Shown: piece by piece, positions 55,086 to 64,000 of the stretch | Layout of the letters: each line of letters starts with the position of its first letter | Position numbering within the stretch: position 1 is the first letter of the stretch | From: Eledone cirrhosa | Taxonomy: Eukaryota | NCBI GenBank assembly: GCA_964016885.1 | Contig: OZ024759.1 | Span: forward strand, 18,228,001-18,292,000 | DNA: 64,000 bases | Direction of reading: 5' to 3' | Program-made: the position numbers and the translations under genes | The notes under the pieces: generated by a model | The model's database searches: none | Seen by the model: only the letters and a program-made list of their open reading frames with translations | Told to the model about the DNA's origin: nothing

Positions 55086-55717
55086 TTTATTTTTTTAATA
55101 TATGTTATTTTTACTGAAGTTAAAACAGAACATTATGTAATATGTAATAAAAGACCGATAGTTTTCAAAAAGCCGTTACAGTGTGGTAGAAAACACTACA
55201 CCTAATGTTCCCCCTCCATACACATACACACATGTATATCATGACTCATACACTATTCACTTCCCTGACATTTGTATATTATTCTATGTACTATACATAC
55301 ACCGTTGACGAGTTGTAGTGCACCTGAGCACTTTACACAATAATTTCATTATTATAAAGGGCAAATGATGACAAATAAAATAGAACAAAGATGATATTTC
55401 AGGGCTATTAACCTCTTTTCAAATGTGGAGCTGAACCAGTTCAAGACAAAAAGAATGATCAATGTGATCTCCCTTAACAGGCTTTATTTCTTTAACAATA
55501 TCACCAACCTCTTCTCTTTCTAGAAAGTTCATCATGATACCAACAAAACTTATAAATCTTGCTAAGCAATTTCTTTGGGTTGGAGAACCTTCTGACTGTC
55601 ATATGTAGATGTCTTATTTACTAGCCATTGGGATCAGAACAAATCTGTGACTTGCTGAAGGTCATGAATTGTCCAGTTGTAGACATTTCAACTTCTACCA
55701 TATTCCTCTGTAATAAG

Positions 55718-56101
55718 ATAATTGTTTCTACTTTTGGCACAAGGCCAGCAATTATCCTAGTGCATTACTGGCACTTTATTTTATCAACCCCCGTAAGGAT
55801 GAAAGGCAGAGTTTACTTCAGCGGGGTTTGAACTCAGACTGGAAAGGGGTGTAACTCTATGCTGCAAAGCATGGCGTCCAACCTTCTACTGATACTCTCA
55901 ATCCACCGCCCTCTGTAATAATATAATTGTTTCTACTTTTGGCACAAGGCCTTCAATTACCCAGTACATTACTGGTATTTTATTTTATCGACCCCGTAAG
56001 GATGAAAGGCAAAGTTAACCTCAGTGGGATTTGAACTCAGACCGTAAAGGGACAGAGTTCAAATCCCGCCGAGGTTAACTTTGCCTTTCATCCTTACGGG
56101 G
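55718..56101 (-). mobile_element. Two SINE family A copies plus an inverted partial copy forming a ~47-bp hairpin (55992-56101)
   Basis: Family A reverse complement, then a + fragment gagttcaaatcccg...ccttacgggg. Confidence 0.8.
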
Positions 56102-56309
56102 GTAATAATATAATGAAAGGGAAAATGTTTGACTATTTACCAGGAATTCATACCCTAACCATTGAAGCAGTCCCGAGTCCAAGGGACCCCAAAATGGCAG
56201 TCTCTAGACCAGGGAACACCAAAGTGGTTGATATCAACCCACCAGGGGATCAATAGTCTTGAATAGGCAATCATATTGGCTGTGGTTTTTATATCTGTAT
56301 TACAGTTTA

Positions 56310-56700
56310 TATAATTGCTATACATTTTTTTAATTTTCTATACAGCTTGTATAGTTATGCTGTTTTTATAGTTGCTATGCAGTTTTTACATTTGCTACGT
56401 TGTTTTTATATTTACTATGCTGTTTTTATAGTTGCCATGCTGTTTTCATATTACCTAGTTAGTTTTTATATTTGCTATGCAGTTTTTATAGTTACTATGT
56501 GGTTCTTACTTTTGCTAAGTAGTTTTTTTATATTCTGTATGCAGTTTTTATAATTGCTATGTGGTTCTTACATTTGCTAAGCACTTATTATATTTTCTAT
56601 GCAGTTTTTATATTGTCTATGCAGTTTATATATTTGGTATGCAGTTTATATATATTTGATAAGCATTTTTTATGCTTCCTATGCAGTTCTTATATTTTCC
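56310..56700. repeat. Degenerate 20-bp minisatellite
   Basis: Consensus approximately ttgctatgcagtttttatat. Confidence 0.75.
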
Positions 56701-57197
56701 ATTCAGGTTATAGTGTGCTAATAACTATGTTCAGCAAATGTAAGCTTTTAGCTAAAAGGTTGTATTTGCGAACAATTCAATGTATGTCAATGATCCCAGA
56801 ATATATATTTTCTCAGGTGTGCTTTAAGATTTTTATGCCTTCCAACCGCTTAAGTACAACCTTCAGTTGCAATCGATATCAAATTTTCTGATGAAACTTT
56901 ACTTTCACTAAAGCAAGTTCTCGTAAGATGATGAAAATAGGTACCTCAGTAGAATTTACATTCTAAGTATATTTAAGAATAGATACATCTTTCAATTTAC
57001 AGTCCTTATCAAAATAGGATATATACACCACCAGAAACACCCGCAAAATATACTCTGGTTCATCTATAGCTGCCTCTCTACCTGGGCAATGCTGAGTATT
57101 CTGCCACTACATGTATGTGTGTATATATATATATATAGTTATAAAAAAGCAAAATGGTGTAGGACGGAACAAAGGAGGGTCACAAAATAAAAACCCA

Positions 57198-57246
57198 GTC
57201 ACTGAGGAGGTCACAGACACAGAATGTGTGACGAAAGAGCTTTGAC
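57198..57246 (+). ncRNA. Minimal hammerhead motif (gtcaca family)
   Basis: gtca-CTGAGGA-ggtcaca..tgtgac-GAAA-gagc-TT-tgac, within a ~270-bp element (57135-57400) shared with 5000-5270 and 11830-12090. Confidence 0.65.
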
Positions 57247-58882
57247 AATATATAAACAACCAAACAACCAACTGGAAATTGACAATAAATAGAAGTGAAA
57301 TCCAACATGTGCATGTGTTTTTATTGGCAGCATGACCCTCCCAAAGTATATATGTTTCAGCACACATTTTCAGATAAGAAATCTTGCAAAACAAATTCAA
57401 TATATATATCAGATGGACTCTCCCATCAATTTCAACATATAAGGATCCAAACAATCTGCTCAGTTCATTCAGTTTGAATGTTTATATTGGGCATGACATT
57501 TTAGACCTTCCAAGGATTTGTAAGCAAGTCCATGGATCATGCAAATATGAGGGGGTTTACTGGATAATATTGCTGGTATGTTTGATAATACTTTTCTCCC
57601 CACTCTTGCTTCTTATAACCTTTGGATACAGCTGGACTTGAAGTTCCTGATCCCATTATCACTCATAGATCTCGAGTTCTTCCACTGCAAATCACTTGCT
57701 CAAATGTTTCTTCCTCCACCATCCTTTTCTTACTTCTTTCTTCTCCATCTCACCAGTCTATTTCACCCTGCCTGTCCTCTCACTTTTTCTAATTTCTCAT
57801 TCTTTCTTCTGATGAAGGACTAGCATCCAAAATGTAAAGACCCCCTTCCTGCTATTTCAAGTATTAAACTAATATATTCCTTCCATATACTGTACCGATT
57901 GTGTTGTTATTTCTCTTTACCTTATATATATAAGGAAAAGAAATTGAAAATGCAACTGGTGCCTTTTAAGATTATTTATTCACTTTACCAGTTTCACAGT
58001 TCTTATGATTTTCAAAATTGAAATGGAGTGTTTGTGTTTCTGTTGTGGTGTGTCTTGCAAGTGAGACACACCACAACAGTACTGGACTGGTACTTAATTA
58101 TTTAATTATCAACCTTGAAAGGACGAAGGGCAAAGTTGACCTCATCAGAGTTTGAACTCGTGTAGAGAGCTGGAACGAATATTACAAAGCTTTCTAAGTG
58201 AACAACCCATGAAAAATCACTGCACTGAGGCATTATTTCTATAAAATGGTGTTTGATCATCATCATCATCATCATCATCATCATTTAATGTATGATTTCC
58301 CTGCTAGTAAGAGTTGGATGGGTCTACAAAGACCATGTCAGTACTGAAGCGGGGCTACTGACCTTCCAGACAGACTGGAGGAGCTCTGCATCTCACTTAC
58401 ATAGTCTCACAGTAGTGGTTGTCAAGTATTTGACACAACTGAAGGGTCCTCCCAACCCTTTATTTGGCAAGCTTTCTATGAAGGATGCCCTCCCTATCAC
58501 CAACCACTTTACATCCTATATAGAGTGCAGTTACCATGTAGAACAGCAGCAATAGGGAGGTTGTCATGTACTCCCAACATTTGTTTGGCAAGCTTTCTAT
58601 GGCTGGATAATACTTCTATCCCCCCATATTTTCTATAATCTTTATGGAAGAATTTAAATCATTGAAAATTTCAATAAAGATTAAAATGGAGTAAAAATTC
58701 TTGAAAGATTTCAAATCTTTGCCCCATTTCCAATCTTGGTTCATCAAAACATAAATACAGCTGTTTTTGATTTATATATAATCTTCCTCATGATATAAAA
58801 CTATTTCATCTTCTTAAAAGCTGACTTGACAATTCAATATATGTATGTGTGTGTGTGTCTGTATGTAAGTGTGTGATATGTA

Positions 58883-58919
<37 letters not shown>

Positions 58920-59282
58920 ACAGTAACACAAGATCTTTTGTGGACCTGTGGTATGGTAACACCATGTCACACACCATCTTACTCAATGGTAATCATCATC
59001 ATCATCATCATCATCATTTAACGTCCATCTCCCACGCTAGCATGGGTTAGACGGGAGTTGTGCCAACTTGAGGCAAGGTTGGTCGGGTGACCGTGTCTCG
59101 CTCGTATAAGACTATCTGGCAGGCTTTCTACGGCTGGATGCCCTTCCTAACACCAACCACATTTACAGTGGGGTAATGTAAATGAATTCCAGAAACAGAG
59201 TATACTCATACAGATTATATATGTATTTTTTTTTCCAATTCTAACCTGCCCGTCCCCTCAATCTATCTTATTTCTCATTCTT

Positions 59283-59318
59283 TCTTCTGATGAAGGACTA
59301 GCGTCCGAAACGTTAAGA
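59283..59318 (+). ncRNA. Minimal hammerhead motif (ggac-tagc-gtcc family)
   Basis: tctt-CTGATGA-a-ggac-tagc-gtcc-GAAA-cg-TT-aaga. Palindrome AACGTT. Decayed copy at ~57804-57840, and the tail alone at ~14245-14310. Confidence 0.7.
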
Positions 59319-60278
59319 CCCTCTTCCTGCTATATCAAGCGTTAACATAATGTATCCCTTCCATATACTGTACCGATTGTGTTGTTATTTCTGTTTACCT
59401 TTTGCATACGGTTAATTATTTATGTTTGTTTAATAACCTCTGGTCAAGAGCTTTTATTCGGTTTGTGGAAAGGAATTTATTCCTCTGTTCAAAATTTGAA
59501 TTTCGACCGCCAAGACCGGGGGGGTTACCTCCCTTTGGGAAAACCACGTGACCACCAGCAGTCTTACTGCTATAATTCACACCCGACCGCGGCACTAAAC
59601 GGAAGCCTGTTGATGAAGGGAACCCTCTGTTCGATCATCCAAAGCCAAAAAACTGCATACCCCGCAAGTGGATTTGTTGATTTCGGATTCACATAAACCT
59701 ACCGGAGATATTGCATAATATCGACGGGATGGTCAAGGCTTGTCAAATTATCCTCAGTTGGTTTTCTCGTTCCTTTGGTCCTCGTGGCTGGCTCACCGGT
59801 CGCAGTCTTCAATTTGTCAAGCTGTCTAAACGTATGTTATTACTCTAAGGGGATACTACCTTATTGAGTGCTTAGCTGCACATTCATCATCATCATCATC
59901 ATCATTTTACGTCCGCTTTTCCCTGCTTGCAAGGGTGGGACGGGAACTGATTCTGGCTTGATTTCTACAGCTGGATGCCCTTCCTAACACCAACCTCATT
60001 TACAGTGAGTGCTGGGTGGTTATTTGCCGTTCACCTCCACGACCACTTTGCAGTAGAATGATATGGACCCCAGCCCCTATCATCTCATTTCTACAGCTGA
60101 GTAAACTGGAGCAATGTGAAATAAAGTGTCTTGCTCAAGGAAACAACACATCACCCTGTCTGAGAATTGAACTCACAACCTTTCGATTGCAAGGCCAATG
60201 CTCTAATCACTAAGCCATGTGCCTCCAGATTGCATTCGTTAGCATGGCCACAGCCAGAGCTTTGATTCTACTGAACTT

Positions 60279-60323
<45 letters not shown>

Positions 60324-60376
60324 TTTAGAAGTCAAATACAATACTTAAGCTCTAAGAAAATATTTCTGAGCATTAC

Positions 60377-60556
60377 ATTACAATTTAAAAAAATATGATC
60401 AACACTAATGTGTTTTTGCAAAATGACAATAATTTTTTAGCCAGATAGAAATACCTTAATTCAAGTACTTGAATTAAGGTATTTCTATCTGGCTAAAAAA
60501 TTATTGTCATTTTGCAAAAACACTTTAGTGTTGATCATATTTTTTTAAATTGTAAT
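60377..60556. repeat. 180-bp spacerless palindrome (90-bp arms, one mismatch)
   Basis: Centre ..ttcaagt|acttgaa.. at 60466/60467. Confidence 0.92.
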
Positions 60557-60566
60557 ATATATATAT

Positions 60567-61645
60567 GTGGCCGGTGTTCTGGTGCAATAAGTAGCAGCAA
60601 GTGCCCACAAAATACTAGCTCTTTCAATTGCGCAGAGGGTTCTATAGAAATAGTGGACAGCTTCCGTTACCTGGGCGATAAAATCAGCAGTGGGGGAGGG
60701 TGCTCTGAAAGTACTGTAGCTAGAGTCAGAACTGGTTGGAAAAAGTTCAGAGAGCTTATACCACTATTAGCTGCTAAAGGGTTCTCCCTAAAAATGAAAG
60801 GCAGGTTGTACGATGCCTGCATACGAACAGCAATGTTGCATGGCAGTGAGACCTGGGCATTGTGTGCAGAGGATATACGCAGACTAGAGAGGAACGAAGC
60901 TTGCATGCTCCGCTGGATGTGTAACAGTAATATACGTGAACGGCAAAGCAGAAACGAACTAAGGAAAAAATTAGAGATAAGAGGGATCAGATGTTGTTTA
61001 CTCGAGAGAAGGCTACGTTGGTATGGACACGTGATGCGCATGAAAGTCGATAGCTGTATAACAAAGTGCAGGGCAATAAAGATAGACGGTAGTCACGGAA
61101 TAGGCAGACCTAGAAAAACCTGGGACGAGCTGATAAACTCCGACATCACACACTTACACCTCTCCAAGACAATGTCACTGGACCGAGACCTTTGGCGGTA
61201 CTCAGTAACAGAGAAGACCCGCCTTACCTAAATATATATAGTAAAACCTACTCCAGCCAGTAGGCATCTCTAACAAAATACACCCCGTCCCACCACCACC
61301 ACCCCCACCTCATCCACACCACCCCGTTCTATGTAAAGTTATGTTGGTGCCGCGCCATCCAGGCCGAAACAAATGAGATCGTGTAGGCCGAAACAAATGA
61401 GATCGTGTAGGTGTCACGACAAAAAAACACACAGTCCACGCTGTAATGTGGCCGTGTAGGCAACACGGTAAAGACCTCCCAGACCCACACTGTAAATGTG
61501 GTTGGTGTTAGGAAGGGCATCCAACTGTAGAAAACCTGCCAGACAGTCCTATGCGAGCAAGACAATCACTCTTGCCTCAAGTGGGACTACCCCCGTCCAA
61601 ACCCATGCGAGCGTGGAACACGGACGTTAAACGTTGATGATGATG
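60567..61645 (+). mobile_element. 3' fragment of a related RTE LINE subfamily with 3' UTR and (ATG)n tail
   Basis: VDSFRYLGDKISSGGGCSES...RRLRWYGHVMRMK...GRPRKTW is clearly homologous to the 6998-9067 ORF. It is followed by ggtgttaggaagggcatcc...cggacgttaaacg(atg)n. Confidence 0.9.
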
Positions 61646-62377
61646 ATATATATATATATATATACATACACATATATACAGACACAAATATGTTTGATTT
61701 TTGTGCATCTCAATAAAAAAGCTCAATAGACTTTGTCCTGAGCTATATTGATTCCATCTAAAGTACATATTTTTCTTTGAAATATGTGCTTTGTATTTAT
61801 ACAATAAAATTGTGTATTCTCTCGATATATGGTCCTTTTTCTCTCTCTCTATATATATATACATATCTTTTACTTTTGAATTACATATATAGAATTGTGA
61901 CTACATTTAAGTAGTTAGATTCAATTTGATTTAATTGTAATAATCAAATATTTGCGATCCAAGACTGATATGTAATACAAACGATGAAACGTGTGTAAGT
62001 GTTATGTAATAAATGTTTTTCCCACTTTTCTGGATTGTGATGTTTTAAATAATAATTTTGTAAGTTTATATATATACATACATATTCGGTTACTTACTTA
62101 CATGTGCCAGTGTCCTGTGTTCCCCTTTCTATTCTGTATGTTCACTTCGTTTTTTCCTCTTTTGCTTTTTTTTCTTTTTTTTCTTTCTTCCTCTCTCTTC
62201 ACTATCACTTCTTTCCCACATGGCGTTTTGATGGATAAAAGGCCTCGAGCAGGCTATGGATCGATGTCCTGTTTTAAGTGCCGAAACATCTATGATCCAT
62301 AGTAAACAGCTGACGAAGGGCAACTTTTCTTCTCTTGCTAACGTCCCTGTTACCTTCTTACACCATATATATATATA

Positions 62378-62820
62378 TCATCATCATCATCATCATCACC
62401 GTTTTACGTCCGTTCTTCCACGCTAGCATGGGTTAGACGGGTTGTCCTGTTGTGGGCAGTGTCTGGTCGGCTGACCATGCCTTGCTCATACAGGAACTGA
62501 TCTGGCTTGATTTCTACAGCTGGATGCCCTTCCTAACACCAACCTCATTTACAGTGAGTGCTGGGTGCTTTTTCGTGGCGCCTACACGTCCACTTTACAG
62601 TGTGGGCTGGGTGCTTTTTTGCCGTGGCACCTCCACGACCACCTTGCGGTGGGGGGAGTGGGGGCATATTGTTTATATGCTTCAGCATGTACCTATGGGA
62701 GGTCGGGTACCCTGTATTACTGCGTGACGCCAGAAGTCACGGTCGTGTGTCATTGTCTTTGAGAGGTGTAGTTGGGTAAGGTCGGCTTTTATCACCTCAT
62801 CCCAAGTCATCTTGGGTCTC
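62378..62820 (-). mobile_element. Heavily 5'-truncated copy of the same RTE family as 6696-9467
   Basis: Near-identical to 6696-7137 (3' UTR plus RPKMTWDEVIKADL...). Flanked by (TA)n. Confidence 0.92.
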
Positions 62821-62888
<68 letters not shown>

Positions 62889-63039
62889 GAGTGGAGCAAG
62901 CAATTATCAAACAATTCTTTAAATAAATTGAAAAACGATTTAAATAATCACCTGTTCTGTTGCTGTTACCGACGGTTTTGGAAATCCAGAGAATTTCCAA
63001 TGGAAAGAATTAGATCTTCAGACAGCTTATTTCCATACT

Positions 63040-63163
63040 ATCATCATCATCATCATCATCATCACCGTTTTACGTCCGTTCTTCCACGCTAGCATGGGTT
63101 AGACGGGTTGTCCTGTTGTGGCCAGTGTCTGGTCGGCTGACCATGCCTTGCTCATACAGGAAC
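63040..63163 (-). mobile_element. Extreme 3' tip (~100 bp plus tail) of the same RTE family
   Basis: Matches 6696-6815. Confidence 0.85.
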
Positions 63164-64000
63164 TATAAGGTTGCTAATCTCACAGTAAGTCAATATTTCA
63201 CTTCCTGCCTAACACATGCGGTCAGGCCGTTAAAATGATACGCACACAAAATCATGCCACAAGTAATAACTGTTTTATTATAAACTTGTTGATCATGCCA
63301 CTAAAACTAATAGCATGATACAACGTTTTGTTCTCTACATAAGGATAAAAATCATAAAAGGGTATGGATATTCCAACAGGCACTAGGTACCTATAAAAAT
63401 ATGCATATATTATATATATATATATATATAAATCAGAATGGATGCAGTTAAAGCTAGTTAGACCATTGTGTGTCTCTGTTTTGTTTTTCTCTGTGTGTAT
63501 GCCTGTGTTTTATCTATATGTCTGTATTTTGTATATGTGTATGTGTGTGTACATATGTTTTGTGCCTATGTTTTGTTTGTGTGTGTGTGTGTGTGTCTGT
63601 ATTTTGTGTGTATATGTATGTGTACATACATTTTGTGTAAACATCTGTGTTATGGTTATGTGTGTGCATGCCTGTGTTTTTGTATAGCTGTCTTTATTTT
63701 GTGTGTATATATGTGTATGTGTACATATGTTTTGTGTAAGCATCTGTATTTTGTTTGTATGTGCTTGTTCTTTTGTGTACGTGTCTGTACGTTATGTGTA
63801 TGTGTACGTATGTGTTTTTTTGTGTGTGTTTGTGTCTGTGTTATTTGTGTAAGTGTCTCTATTTTGTGTGTATACGTGTACATATGTTTTGTGTAAGCAT
63901 CTGTGTTTTGTTGATGTGTGTGTGTGCCTGTTTTTTGTGTCTACCTGTCTTTATTTTGTGTGTATATATGTGTGCGCATGTATGTTTTGTGTGCATGTGC

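Overview
AT-rich, microsatellite-saturated animal genomic DNA, most consistent with an octopus/coleoid cephalopod (inferred from repeat content, not proven). The only recognisable host coding sequence is one 129-nt internal exon (+, 39518-39646) of a SAC-domain phosphoinositide phosphatase of the INPP5F/Sac2 type, so the window is probably mostly large introns. Nearly all ORFs in the track are artefacts of (TA)n, (CA)n, (CAT)n, (TTC)n, (TGT)n and (GGT)n repeats. Real mobile-element coding remnants: a 5'-truncated RTE LINE with an open ORF plus shorter relatives, a Tx1/L1-type LINE, a CRE-like and an R4/Dong-like RLE fragment, and a Penelope-like RT-thumb/GIY-YIG remnant. There are also two abundant tRNA-derived SINE families, MITEs and satellites. 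The most striking unannotated signal is about 15 minimal type I hammerhead ribozyme motifs from roughly 8-9 unrelated sequence families, most with a palindromic stem III, in short elements next to (TA)n tracts that often fold back on an inverted copy of their own 3' tail. A Tx1 LINE and one SINE family also share a 3' terminus and an (ATT)n context. Repeat boundaries were read by eye and are approximate.
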